Shown here: positions 38,378 to 48,254 of the stretch, piece by piece
Position numbering within the stretch: the stretch's first letter is position 1
How the letters are laid out: every line of letters begins with the position of its first letter
NCBI GenBank assembly: GCA_963846575.1
Contig: CAWJWJ010000002.1
Location: 2,496,001 to 2,560,000 of the forward strand
From: an uncultured Nitrospiraceae bacterium
GTDB taxonomy: Bacteria > Nitrospirota > Nitrospiria > Nitrospirales > Nitrospiraceae
Direction: 5' to 3'
Length of the DNA: 64,000 bases
Program-made: the position numbers and the translations under genes
Notes under the pieces: model-generated
Databases searched by the model: none
Seen by the model: only the letters and a program-made list of their open reading frames with translations
What the model was told of the DNA's origin: nothing

Positions 38378-39922
38378 TTAGACCGATCGGCGAAGAATCA
38401 CCACTTTGGCATCGGTGTAAATGGTCCTCCAGGCAGGATGCCCATCCAGAGCCAGTGCCAATGTGCTTCCACGCGGGATCAGTGCCCAGTCGACCCCATA
38501 GCGATCCAAAATCGCCAGTTCCGGCTTTCCGCTTCGATTCAGGTTCATGTAATCCTGAAAGATGCGACGATCCCCGATCCGCCAGCCCGGCATGCGACCA
38601 TCGATAAAAATTTTCTCGCCGGGAAGCTGCCACAGAAGGAAGCCTCCATAGGCATAGTCATTGTAGAGCCGGGACCCCGCCTGTTCCCGATGATCGCGAA
38701 TCCACCGCACCGCCTCGATCGGATAATCGGTCTGTGTGAAATAGTCCTCCACAGCCGTTCCCGACTGCCACACATGAAGCACATGTTCGGGACCCAATCG
38801 ACCAAGAGCGGTCGACGTCAGCCCGATCAACACAAGAACAAGCATGTCCGAGGCGGCTCTGAGAAACGGTACCCGCTGAAGGACTGACGTCACAGCCAGC
38901 GCGAGAAGTTCCGCCGCCAACGGCAGGCTGACAACAAGGAACAGCGTGACATTGCGCCAATGCACCAGTGACAGCGCCAGCATGCTGACGAGCATCATCC
39001 AACGAACCGGCTCCACCCGTCGATACCATCCGATCACCAGGCCGGCGAGGCCGGTGAGATACAGGCCGTAGGTACGGCCTGCCCAGCCCTGAAAGGAGAC
39101 CGGCTGCCATTCACGCAGCGTCTCGATCATGAAACGGTCCGTCAGGGACTCGTAAATTTCGCTAAACAGTCTCCACCCATAGGGATTGAGGCAGGTGACC
39201 GCCAGGGCGATTCCCAGCACGAGTAGACAATGACGAAGGTCCCTCCAACTCAAGACTGGCTCTTCGCACCAGGCGCCAAGGAAGGGCCACCGATCCAGGC
39301 ACAGCCGTTCCAGGAGACTCCCTCCTACCATCACTCCAAAAAGAAAGAGGCCCGCCGTAAACCCTCCGTGCAGATTGGCCCAGAGCAAAAAAAATGGGGG
39401 AAGCATCCACATCCACGGGCGGCCGCGTTCTTGAATTTTCCGCCACAGCCACAGCAGGATCGCTACGCCAAGCAGACTGATCAGTTGCGTGCGAGCCCCG
39501 AGAAAGGGCAATGCCACCCACAAGCTCGCCACCATGACAATCAGTCGATAGGTCCGCGCTACTGCGGCCTGATCGGCCGCCACCCACCAGGCCAGAGCCG
39601 TCACGAGCCCGAAGAACACAATAAGTCCGAGTGCGCCGAAGGATCCCAGCGCGCGATACACCAGGGCCAACACTCCATCAGTCAACCAGGCATGTTCGAC
39701 CCACCGCCAATCCGGCATCGTATGCGAATAGGGATCGGTGTCCGGCAAGACCCATCCGTTGGCGAGCAAGTCCAAACCGGCTCGAAGGTGCCATCCTAAA
39801 TCCGGCTCGACGAGCGGTTGGAAGGTGAGGTTCAGGACAAAAACAAGCAGGAGGCAGTCAAAGAGCGAGTGGATAAACCGGTGAAAAGTAGAGACTGGCC
39901 TCCAAATGGCATCAGCCTTCAT
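38378..39922 (-). CDS. Polytopic membrane protein, GT-C-fold glycosyltransferase-like
   Basis: Acidic loop after TM1 (EPDLGWHLRAG...DPYS...WVEHAWL); LWANLHGGF; NPYGW; soluble C-domain YGGFLLW..FIDGR. Confidence 0.65.
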   Translation of the reverse strand: MKADAIWRPVSTFHRFIHSLFDCLLLVFVLNLTFQPLVEPDLGWHLRAGLDLLANGWVLPDTDPYSHTMPDWRWVEHAWLTDGVLALVYRALGSFGALGLIVFFGLVTALAWWVAADQAAVARTYRLIVMVASLWVALPFLGARTQLISLLGVAILLWLWRKIQERGRPWMWMLPPFFLLWANLHGGFTAGLFLFGVMVGGSLLERLCLDRWPFLGAWCEEPVLSWRDLRHCLLVLGIALAVTCLNPYGWRLFSEIYESLTDRFMIETLREWQPVSFQGWAGRTYGLYLTGLAGLVIGWYRRVEPVRWMMLVSMLALSLVHWRNVTLFLVVSLPLAAELLALAVTSVLQRVPFLRAASDMLVLVLIGLTSTALGRLGPEHVLHVWQSGTAVEDYFTQTDYPIEAVRWIRDHREQAGSRLYNDYAYGGFLLWQLPGEKIFIDGRMPGWRIGDRRIFQDYMNLNRSGKPELAILDRYGVDWALIPRGSTLALALDGHPAWRTIYTDAKVVILRRSV

Positions 39923-41645
39923 TGACGGATGCAGCCCCTCGGGAGGATTGTTTCACGAGCAGATTGCCCAGAACTAACCACTCCACCCGGGTACGTAGGA
40001 AGCACTGCACGGCCTCGTCGGGGGTGCAGACGATTGGCTCCTGAACGTTAAAGGAGGTATTCAGCAGCACCGGGACACCGGTCAGACGACCGAATGCGGT
40101 CAGGAGCTCGTAGAATCGTGGATTGGCCTCTCGCGTGACTGTCTGCACGCGCGCCGTCCCATCGACATGCGTCACGGCCGGAATCACCCCTTTGGCGGAC
40201 GCCTTCACAGGCACCGTAAACTGCATGAAGGGAGACGGGGCCGGCAGATCAAAATAATCCCGGGCCCGTTCTTCGATCACCGACGGCGCGAAGGGACGAA
40301 ACGCTTCCCGGCACTTGACCTTGCTATTGATCAGCTCTCGCATGTCCTCACGTCGAGGATCCGCCAGAAGGCTACGGTTTCCCAAGGCCCTGGGCCCCCA
40401 CTCCATTCGACCCTGGTACCAGAACACCAGGCGTCCTCGCGTCAGCTCGAGAGCAACCCGTTCGTACAGTTGAGGATCCGTCAGGTGCTCTGCCATTAAA
40501 CCCTCCCGCTCAAGCGCCAGGCGGCAGAGATTCTCGTCGAACTCAGGTCCCAGGTAGGCGGAGGGCAGGTGGGTTCTCGCACTGCCCCCTCCCCGTCTGG
40601 CTGACCACCATAAGGCCGCGCCGAGGGCCGCGCCCGAGTCTCCGGCAGCTGGAGGCACATACACATCCTGGAATCCGAGTTCAGCGCGCAGGCGACCATT
40701 GGCCACACAATTGTAGGCGACGCCCCCGGCAAGACAGAGAGACATTGCCCCCGTGAGAGATCGCACATGCCGACCGAGGTGCAACAACACGTCCTCAAGC
40801 ACCATTTGCGTGCTCGCCGCCAGATCACGGTGTCGCTGCGTGATGTCCTCCGATGAATGCCTGGGTGGGCCGAACAGGCGAACGAATTCCGGCATGAACA
40901 GACCAACTCTTGCGAGGTGGAAATCAAGGAGGCGAAAGTTCAATTCGAAGCGCCCTTGTGGAAGGAGTCGCATAATCTGCTGACGGAGGGTCTCAGCAAA
41001 GGTCGGCTCGCCGGACGCCGCCAACCCCATGACGATATATTCATCCTGGTCCGGGCGGAAGCCCAGAAAGGCCGTCATCGCCGCATAAAACTGCCCCAAG
41101 GAATGCGGAAGCGGGGTGCGGTCGAGCACGGTAATCTGAGCGCCGTCTCCCATCGCAATCAGCGTAGTATCCGCTTCCGAGGCGCCATCGACCACCAGGA
41201 TCGCAGACCGTTCGAAAGGCGAAACCAGGAAGGAACTGGCTGCATGGCAAAGATGGTGGTCGAGAAAAACAGGGCGCCGACCCACTGCAGCCACTCGTCG
41301 CGTTAACTCCCGCCGCAGAAAGAATAATTCTCTCCATTCCTGGCTGACACGCTCCAAGGACCGCGTCCCCTTCACACGGAACAGTTGTGGAGACCGTATC
41401 ATGGCCCCTAACGCGAGCCCGATGCGCCGTCCGACCATCCAGTACTTCCACGGGACGGCAATGGCCTCAACATCGCGAAGAGCGACACCGGCCTCTCGCA
41501 AGCAATACCCAATCGCGTGGACCGGCAGGGCAGTGACATGCTTCTGCCGGACAAACCGTTCTTCCTCCGCAGCCGCCAGAATTCGGCCATTAAACACCAG
41601 GGCCGCCGCCGCATCTCGCATATTGGAGAGTCCTAACACCAACAC
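39912..41645 (-). CDS. O-carbamoyltransferase (NodU/CmcH/TobZ family)
   Basis: EEERFVRQKH, HHLCHA, VVDG, GGVAYNC, PAAGDSG, EWGPRALGNRS, FRPFAP, HVDGTARVQT, NTSFN. Confidence 0.93.
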   Translation of the reverse strand: MLVLGLSNMRDAAAALVFNGRILAAAEEERFVRQKHVTALPVHAIGYCLREAGVALRDVEAIAVPWKYWMVGRRIGLALGAMIRSPQLFRVKGTRSLERVSQEWRELFFLRRELTRRVAAVGRRPVFLDHHLCHAASSFLVSPFERSAILVVDGASEADTTLIAMGDGAQITVLDRTPLPHSLGQFYAAMTAFLGFRPDQDEYIVMGLAASGEPTFAETLRQQIMRLLPQGRFELNFRLLDFHLARVGLFMPEFVRLFGPPRHSSEDITQRHRDLAASTQMVLEDVLLHLGRHVRSLTGAMSLCLAGGVAYNCVANGRLRAELGFQDVYVPPAAGDSGAALGAALWWSARRGGGSARTHLPSAYLGPEFDENLCRLALEREGLMAEHLTDPQLYERVALELTRGRLVFWYQGRMEWGPRALGNRSLLADPRREDMRELINSKVKCREAFRPFAPSVIEERARDYFDLPAPSPFMQFTVPVKASAKGVIPAVTHVDGTARVQTVTREANPRFYELLTAFGRLTGVPVLLNTSFNVQEPIVCTPDEAVQCFLRTRVEWLVLGNLLVKQSSRGAASVNEG

Positions 41646-41742
41646 GATGCCTCAATGCTCCCGGTGGTTACTCTCCGTCCAAGCGTACGGCCGGTAGGAT
41701 AAACGAGCCCCACGACGGTCGCAACCGGCCGCAGGACTGCGG

Positions 41743-41771
41743 TTGCAATGCCCTCTCCATTCCTGTACCGT
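41743..41771 (+). promoter_or_regulatory. Putative promoter of the caspase-domain lipoprotein
   Basis: TTGCAA-N17-TACCGT, same boxes as 37454-37482. Confidence 0.45.
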
Positions 41772-41809
41772 TCCCCATTCAAAATCTGCCCCAAAGAGGA
41801 GGCCTCTGC

Positions 41810-43660
41810 TTGAAGAATGCCCGTTTCCTTATTCTCGGACTGCTATTGTCCCAAGCGTTGACCTCCGCAGGCTGCGACACCATTAAGTCGCGTTTTGCCC
41901 GCCAGACATTGCCCGACCTAGGCCCCCCGATTGCGCTGACGGTCCAAATGGACATGGACCCGTCATTGTCCGAAGCCAAGACTCAATACCTGGATGGCTG
42001 CAGCCGTATCCAACAACTCTCCATTGGACCGACTCTCGAAGATCTGCTGGTGCAGGCCGCCCATCAAACATTTCGCACCGTGCTCGTTTCCGGCGGCCAT
42101 GTTACCACTTCAAAGCCTGACATGACCGTGCGGGTGCGGATGCTCAATCCTCGGCTGAACATTCAAGTCGACGGTCTCTATGATCGCAAGCCGGCTGAAC
42201 TCAGTTTGGATGCCTTCGCGGAGTTCTATGATGGGGCCGGAAAACTACTCGTCGAACGTCCTCTGCAGGCCACGCGAAAGGAGCGGTTGCAACTCGAGCT
42301 GACCCAACAGCGATGTGACTACCTCATGGATTCCATCTTGCAAGATACGTCCACCATGCTGGCGACTCAATTTATGCAAGAGTCGCGTGCACTTCTGGAC
42401 CCCGCCAAAAAGACCGTGGGGTCGCCAACCTCAACCGCGCCTGCCGCGGCCGCCGCACCCAATCCAGCAGGCTCTGCCTCGGGCGCTCCGGTCGCTTCAA
42501 CGCCCGCCCTCTCTTTTAAAGCCACGCTGTTAGACGAGAATAACAATCTGATGCTCGAGGCGGGCGAACGGGTACGCATCCGCGTGGACGTCGTGAACAC
42601 CAGCCCTCAAGCGGTACAGGATATCGTCGTTCTACTCGCTGCTCCCCCTGCTCTTCTCGCACAATTTCCGGCAAAAAAACTGTCAGCGGGCACCCTTGAG
42701 CCAGGTGGATCCAAATCTCTGGAATTTGTCGCCACCCTTCCCTCTTCAGTGAGCACGCCACAGGCCGAATTTCAGGTCTCCCTGGCAGGTGGAACCGGCC
42801 TCAACGTCCCCCCACCCCAAACCCTACTCGCCTCCGTACTTCCGACAGGCTCGGCGAGCGACGACGTTGATCAGGTTCCCGCAGTGAGCGCCGGGCTTGA
42901 ACGATCAGGTGACTACCTGCTTTCCATCGGCCTCAGCAGTTATCGGGACCCGCATATCGCCGCACGGAAATATGCCGCCCTCGACGCGGAAATGGTCGCG
43001 ACCTATCTCCAATCATTGGGTGGTTTACCAAAGCATAATGTGCGGCTGTTGCAAGACTGGAACGCTCTACGTCCCGACATCGAGGAAGCCTTGCTCGACT
43101 GGCTGCCTTCAAAGATCACGAGCGACTCTGTCGTCACGGTGTACTTCGCCGGGCAGGCCATCGTCTCTCCCGCCGGAGAAACGTTCCTGATTCCCTACGA
43201 CGGTACCTTGGAAGCCACCACACGCCTCTATCCGCTGAAAGACCTGGAGACGGCTCTGGGTAGACTGAAAGCCAAACAAGTCCTCTTCTTGTTCGATGGC
43301 ACGGTGCTGAAAAACGGAACATCCGGGCGGGCGAAAGTATCGTCACCCAAGTGGAATGGGGCAAGTGATTCCGTGCTTCATGTGATTGCGACCACGGGAT
43401 TCGGGAAGAGCTTGGAGTCCGATACCCTGCGGCATGGATTGTTCACCTACTACATCCTGCGCGGGCTGCGGGGTGAGGCGGACCAAAACCGTAACGGGGA
43501 AGTAACCATCGGTGAGCTGACGGCCTACGTGAATCAACAGGTTCCGACAGTCGCTCGGAGTGATTTCAAACAAGATCAACAACCGCAAGTCCTGCCGGTT
43601 CCGCGAAGTTCGGACAGACGCCTCGAGATCATACTCACCAAACCGCCGGTTGCGCGCTAG
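41810..43660 (+). CDS. Lipoprotein with Ig/CARDB-like domain and C-terminal peptidase C14 (caspase-like) domain, catalytic dyad apparently lost
   Basis: Lipobox TSAG-C; IGLSSY, VYFAGQA, LFDGT, HGLFTYYILRGLRGEADQNRNGEVT, QQPQ. Confidence 0.75.
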   Translation: MKNARFLILGLLLSQALTSAGCDTIKSRFARQTLPDLGPPIALTVQMDMDPSLSEAKTQYLDGCSRIQQLSIGPTLEDLLVQAAHQTFRTVLVSGGHVTTSKPDMTVRVRMLNPRLNIQVDGLYDRKPAELSLDAFAEFYDGAGKLLVERPLQATRKERLQLELTQQRCDYLMDSILQDTSTMLATQFMQESRALLDPAKKTVGSPTSTAPAAAAAPNPAGSASGAPVASTPALSFKATLLDENNNLMLEAGERVRIRVDVVNTSPQAVQDIVVLLAAPPALLAQFPAKKLSAGTLEPGGSKSLEFVATLPSSVSTPQAEFQVSLAGGTGLNVPPPQTLLASVLPTGSASDDVDQVPAVSAGLERSGDYLLSIGLSSYRDPHIAARKYAALDAEMVATYLQSLGGLPKHNVRLLQDWNALRPDIEEALLDWLPSKITSDSVVTVYFAGQAIVSPAGETFLIPYDGTLEATTRLYPLKDLETALGRLKAKQVLFLFDGTVLKNGTSGRAKVSSPKWNGASDSVLHVIATTGFGKSLESDTLRHGLFTYYILRGLRGEADQNRNGEVTIGELTAYVNQQVPTVARSDFKQDQQPQVLPVPRSSDRRLEIILTKPPVAR

Positions 43661-43806
43661 CCGAACCGTACTGGCAAAAGGTTGCAAGCCCACGATCCTG
43701 CCGGATCAAGGGGGACCGGAAGAAGTTCACCCCGGTCATCGTCTGCTATGAGGAATTCTATTTCCTCTTCATCCAGATCCATTTCAGAGACAGAACGGGT
43801 TGCAAC

Positions 43807-43841
43807 AAAAAAAGGGCGGCGAGTTTACCTCGCCGCCCTTT
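43807..43841 (-). terminator. Intrinsic terminator after cytochrome c
   Basis: AAAGGGCGGCGAG-GTAAA-CTCGCCGCCCTTT followed by TTTT on minus strand. Confidence 0.85.
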
Positions 43842-43871
43842 GCCGTTCAGCATGCCCGCTGAAATGCTCGA

Positions 43872-44321
43872 CTATTCTTCTGCCTTGCAGAAACTCCGCT
43901 CATAATTGATGATCGTCCAGGCTTCTTCTTCCGTGATCGCCGCAGGGACCAGGGACACCATGCCCGTGCCCGCGCTACCATTCTTGATCACCCAGAAGAG
44001 TTCGCCATCTTTCCGCTTCTTGTGGAATTTGCAGTTCGTGAAGTTCCGTGGGCTCGGATTCAAAATCGCGCCGGCAGGGCCATCGCCCTTCCCTTCCTTA
44101 CCATGGCAATTGAAACAAGTGCCCTTGCCCTCGTACAGTGCCTTGCCCTTGGCAATGCTTTCCGGGTTTGAAGCAACCGGGTTCTTCATCGCCTTCGCTT
44201 CCGCCATCTGATCTGGCGCAACACGAGGCTTCAAAGGATCCTTTTCCTCCGCACCTACCACCGTCACAGACAGCAAGGTGACGGCCGCACACACTCCAAA
44301 AAACTTAGAAAGATACCCCAT
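43872..44321 (-). CDS. Periplasmic monoheme cytochrome c
   Basis: Signal peptide; CFNCHG..GKGDGP; PRNFT; GTGM (likely axial Met); AGGAGG RBS. Confidence 0.92.
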   Translation of the reverse strand: MGYLSKFFGVCAAVTLLSVTVVGAEEKDPLKPRVAPDQMAEAKAMKNPVASNPESIAKGKALYEGKGTCFNCHGKEGKGDGPAGAILNPSPRNFTNCKFHKKRKDGELFWVIKNGSAGTGMVSLVPAAITEEEAWTIINYERSFCKAEE

Positions 44322-44421
44322 CACTACTCCTCCTTTGTGTTGAACCCACCGCGTGAACGATGACGCTCTTTTGAGAAAACAAAAGGGCAAAGAAACGAAT
44401 ACAGGGCGACAAAGCAGGCGA

Positions 44422-44451
44422 ACTATATCAACGCATTTTCTGTCTTGTCAA
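44422..44451 (-). promoter_or_regulatory. sigma70 promoter of cytochrome c
   Basis: TTGACA-N18-TATAGT with TG extension. Confidence 0.7.
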
Positions 44452-44492
44452 GGGAACCGACGGCCTGGACCTTCCGCTCACCACCCGGTTCC

Positions 44493-44515
44493 TGACCCCA
44501 ATGACATTGGGGTCA
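44493..44515. promoter_or_regulatory. Perfect 11-1-11 palindrome, candidate regulator site
   Basis: TGACCCCAATG-A-CATTGGGGTCA. Confidence 0.6.
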
Positions 44516-44742
44516 CTCAAGGGGCGTGCCAGAAAATAAAAATCCAGAACTACGGGGATTCGGACCAGTTGCGGCGGGGATTACGCCCGACTACTACGTA
44601 ACAGACTATAAACGTGTCACCTTTGCGCCCCACTCACCAAGGCGCCGCATCCAACCTGGGGCACGTGAAGGAGTACGTGAGAACTAACACCGGGCAGGAG
44701 ACCATCGAGAGCAGAGGAAATAACCGCGTCCACACTACCGCG

Positions 44743-45687
44743 TCAGCGCTTGATCACCACGTCCCGGACGACCTTTCCGCTGGGCCCAAACGGTTTTTGG
44801 GGCTTCCCGTTCAGTTCAGCGCGAACCCCCCCCGCGTTGCCGAGCGTCACGGTAAACTGATCCTGAGCTTTCCACTGAGCTTTTTCACCAGGACGCAACA
44901 ATGCCTCCTGGGGACTGCCTGCGTCGATCTGGACCACGACCCAGCTTAACTCCGTCGCATCTAAATCGAGTACGAGAGGACCGTCAGACCCGGAAGGACC
45001 ATTCATCGCCAGACCCGCCAGGGGACCTTCGGATCCCATCGACGGAGGAGGGGAAACAGAAACGGGTTCCGTGGAAATGGGTGCCGTCGCCACGACGGAA
45101 GGAGCGGCAGCAAGCGGAGCAGATAACTTTTCCTGAGACGTCTTGGGGGGACCGGAAGCGGGCTCAACCTCCTTGCTCACCGGAGCAATGGGAGGTGGGA
45201 GCTCGAGTCCTTGACGGGGTGAGAAGTCCCGCGCGTCCTTGCCGAACGGCGCGCTTTTTTTGCTGGTCGTCGGCGCATCCGATCCGGAGCGGCGGACTAG
45301 AGTGGAAGACTGCTCCCGGCTCAGCAGAAAGATCAGCGTCGCGATGGCCACCGCAATGGCGATCCCGACCGCTTTACGGTTGGCTTTACGGCGCCGCTCC
45401 TCTTCTACCTGCCGCTGTCTCAGTCGTTCCCGTTCTCCCTGCTTGTCATAGAATGCTCCGGCCGACTGAACAAATCGATGAATCGCGTCTTCCTCGTCCA
45501 ACCCCAGCGAGCGCGCGTAGGACCGGACGAATCCGCGCGCGAAGACTTGATCGGGCAGTTTGGCGAAATTTCCTTCTTCGAGCGCTTTGACAAAGTCCGT
45601 GCGGATGCGGGTCTTTGAGGCGACCTCGTCGACGGTCAGTCCCTTCGCCTCACGCACCTGCCGAAAAAATTCACCCACTGATTCCAT
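44743..45687 (-). CDS. rodZ: Cytoskeleton protein RodZ
   Basis: N-terminal HTH (ALEEG...FARGFVRSYARSLGL), one TM, C-terminal DUF4115 (SWV..LGNAGGV..LNG). Confidence 0.88.
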   Translation of the reverse strand: MESVGEFFRQVREAKGLTVDEVASKTRIRTDFVKALEEGNFAKLPDQVFARGFVRSYARSLGLDEEDAIHRFVQSAGAFYDKQGERERLRQRQVEEERRRKANRKAVGIAIAVAIATLIFLLSREQSSTLVRRSGSDAPTTSKKSAPFGKDARDFSPRQGLELPPPIAPVSKEVEPASGPPKTSQEKLSAPLAAAPSVVATAPISTEPVSVSPPPSMGSEGPLAGLAMNGPSGSDGPLVLDLDATELSWVVVQIDAGSPQEALLRPGEKAQWKAQDQFTVTLGNAGGVRAELNGKPQKPFGPSGKVVRDVVIKR

Positions 45688-45696
45688 GGTATCCGC

Positions 45697-46395
45697 CTAT
45701 GGTTTAAGCTTGCCCAGCAATTCCTGCGCTGCGGCCGCCTGTTCTCCGCCCTTGTCCAGCGTCGCGACTTTCGAAAGTGCCTCGCGTGCCCGTACATCGA
45801 ACCCAAGTCTGTGGTACACCCGGGCCAACTCCAGCTGCAGCATCGCGGGTGGAACGTTCGGCGGTGAGACGGTCGTCGCATCTTCCAAGACTTCCATCGC
45901 TCCCTGCAGTTCGCCCTCGTGCATTAGGGCTTTACCCAAATGATACCGCGCCAGATCGGGCGTGGGATATAAGGGGTTGCTAAGGGCCTGCCGATACGCC
46001 GCAATTCCTTCCTTCCAACGATCTTGATTGACCAGCACCTGCCCGAGATAGGTATAGGCCTCAGCGTAATCGCTGTCGATGCGAATGGCCTGTCGGAAGG
46101 CTTCCTCGGCCAGTTTGAATCGGCCCTGCGAGGAATAAATATGTCCCAAGCCGTAGTGCGCCTCCTTATTGTCAGGATTCAGCTTCACGGCTTTTTGAAA
46201 CGACACATAGGCTTGCTGTTGATCCGAATTCAGTCGGGCAATGCCTTCTTGGTAGAACCCCTTGGACTTGCGCAGATTCTCTTCATCCGCGCAACCGGAA
46301 AGCAGACAGAGTCCGACCAGTACAAGAAGCCAGCGCTCTCGGCAGATGAGCTTTCGGTGTACCCGCGGACTCAGAACCGGTCGAATTGCGATCAT
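45697..46395 (-). CDS. TPR lipoprotein, PilF/PilW-like
   Basis: Lipobox LLSG-C; TPRs; ALSNPLYPTP; adjacent to rodZ. Confidence 0.75.
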   Translation of the reverse strand: MIAIRPVLSPRVHRKLICRERWLLVLVGLCLLSGCADEENLRKSKGFYQEGIARLNSDQQQAYVSFQKAVKLNPDNKEAHYGLGHIYSSQGRFKLAEEAFRQAIRIDSDYAEAYTYLGQVLVNQDRWKEGIAAYRQALSNPLYPTPDLARYHLGKALMHEGELQGAMEVLEDATTVSPPNVPPAMLQLELARVYHRLGFDVRAREALSKVATLDKGGEQAAAAQELLGKLKP

Positions 46396-47309
46396 GCGCC
46401 GATGTCCTCGAAGTGTGTGAGCTGCCTGAACTCTTTGAATCGCGCTTCAATCTCTTTGTAATCCAGGATCCTCAATCGGTCAAGGCTAAAGGCTTCTACG
46501 GTAAAGGAGGCCATGACGCTTCCGAAAATGATGGCCTGCCGCATCGCCGCCGAAGACCGGTTCCCCGTTGCCGCCAAATATCCTAGAAACCCGCCGGCGA
46601 ACGTGTCGCCCGCACCGGTCGGATCCCGCACGTCATCCAACGGAAAGGCGGGCGCGCCGAAGATATGCTGCTCATTGAACATGAGCACCCCGTATTCCCC
46701 CCGTTTGACAATGAGGTGCTTGGGCCCCCGCGAGAGAATCTTCTTCGCCACCTTGACCAGATTCGTGTCTTCACCCAACGCCCGCGCTTCGCCGTCATTG
46801 ATGATCAGAATATCGACATGTTCCAGCACCTTCCAGAGCGCATCACGCTTGCCATTGATCCAAAAGTTCATCGTGTCGCACGCGACCAACGCCGGCCGCT
46901 TCACCTGCTGCAGCACATCGAACTGCAATTCGGGATCAATGTTCCCTAAGAACAGCACCTCGGGTGAGGCATAATGCGCGGGGATTTTCGGGCGAAAGGT
47001 TTCGAACACATTTAGACGGGTGTCGAGCGTCTGGGCTTCGTTCAGTTGATGCGAATAGGCCCCTTTCCAACGAAACGTCGCGCCTGGTCGCCGTTCCAGT
47101 CCGGCCAGGTCGATCTTCCGGCTCTTGAGAAACGTCACGTGCTGATCGGGAAAATCCTCTCCGACGACCGCGATAAGATCCACACTCGTAAAATAGCTGG
47201 CCGCCGTGGAGAAGTACGTTGCCGACCCTCCCAGGACCTCGGACACCTCCCCAAACGGCGTTTTCACAGTGTCCAGCGCGACCGACCCGACTACCAGTAA
47301 CTTACCCAT
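46392..47309 (-). CDS. PfkB-family carbohydrate/nucleoside kinase
   Basis: GSVALD..GGSATY; DPTGAGDTFAGG signature. Confidence 0.92.
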   Translation of the reverse strand: MGKLLVVGSVALDTVKTPFGEVSEVLGGSATYFSTAASYFTSVDLIAVVGEDFPDQHVTFLKSRKIDLAGLERRPGATFRWKGAYSHQLNEAQTLDTRLNVFETFRPKIPAHYASPEVLFLGNIDPELQFDVLQQVKRPALVACDTMNFWINGKRDALWKVLEHVDILIINDGEARALGEDTNLVKVAKKILSRGPKHLIVKRGEYGVLMFNEQHIFGAPAFPLDDVRDPTGAGDTFAGGFLGYLAATGNRSSAAMRQAIIFGSVMASFTVEAFSLDRLRILDYKEIEARFKEFRQLTHFEDIGA

Positions 47310-47312
47310 GAT

Positions 47313-48215
47313 TCACCTGGTTCCTTTCCGCTTTCGCACATAGGGCGCAATGAAGAGATTCAACCGGTTCCTCGTCGAAGCTGAAATGTGCTGCGGCGCG
47401 GTCACGATCGCATTCCGCAGGGCCTGCTGACAGGGACAGAGCCGATCGGGCGCCAGCATCGGCACGATAGTTGTTAACATCCGTTTGGCGAGCGCAACAT
47501 TCTGGTGCAGAGTGGCAAGGATGGCCTCAACGGTTACCGCCTCTTCCGTCTCATGCCAGCAATCATAATCCGTCACCAACGCCACCGTTGCATAACAGAG
47601 TTCCGCCTCGCGGGCGAGCTTGGCTTCGGGCATATTCGTCATACCAATCACATCCACTCCCCACTGACGATACAGCCGAGATTCCGCCTTGGTCGAAAAT
47701 TGAGGCCCTTCCATGCACACATACGTCCCGCCCCGCTGAAGACCAGCCCCCACGGATTGTCCCGCCTGTTCCAGCGCATCAGCCAAGGATCGGCAGACTG
47801 GCTCGGCAAACCCGACGTGAGCGACGATACCCTCATCAAAGAAGGTCGACGCACGACGCTTCGTGAGATCAATGAACTGGTCAGGCAGTACCACGTCGCC
47901 CGGATGAATGGATTCTTTCATGCTCCCGACGGCGCTGACGGAAATCACTTGTGTGACACCGACCGATTTGAGTGCGTAGATATTTGCCCGGTAATTGATG
48001 GCGCTGGGATTGATCCGATGCCCGCGACCGTGCCGGGACAGAAACGCCACCCGGACACCACTCAGTGTGCCGACCACCAGGGCATCCGACGGCGCGCCAA
48101 AAGGTGTGCGGACGCGCATCTCCCGAACCTTTTCCAAGCCGTCGATATCGTACAACCCACTGCCGCCAATAATACCGATTGCAGGTTGAGCGGCTTTTTG
48201 TTTCAAACTTGTCAT
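47313..48215 (-). CDS. mtnP: S-methyl-5'-thioadenosine phosphorylase
   Basis: IGIIGGSGLY, RHGRGH, EGPQFSTKAES, GMTNMPEAKLAREA, TDYDCW. Confidence 0.95.
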   Translation of the reverse strand: MTSLKQKAAQPAIGIIGGSGLYDIDGLEKVREMRVRTPFGAPSDALVVGTLSGVRVAFLSRHGRGHRINPSAINYRANIYALKSVGVTQVISVSAVGSMKESIHPGDVVLPDQFIDLTKRRASTFFDEGIVAHVGFAEPVCRSLADALEQAGQSVGAGLQRGGTYVCMEGPQFSTKAESRLYRQWGVDVIGMTNMPEAKLAREAELCYATVALVTDYDCWHETEEAVTVEAILATLHQNVALAKRMLTTIVPMLAPDRLCPCQQALRNAIVTAPQHISASTRNRLNLFIAPYVRKRKGTR

Positions 48216-48254
48216 GCAGTCGATTCCATTCCCATCGTGAGTGATGTTGGATGA

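Noticed and set aside
43672..43687. TGGCAAAAGGTTGCAA as a sigma54 promoter
   Set aside because: GG-N9-GC spacing is wrong, and it lies between convergent genes
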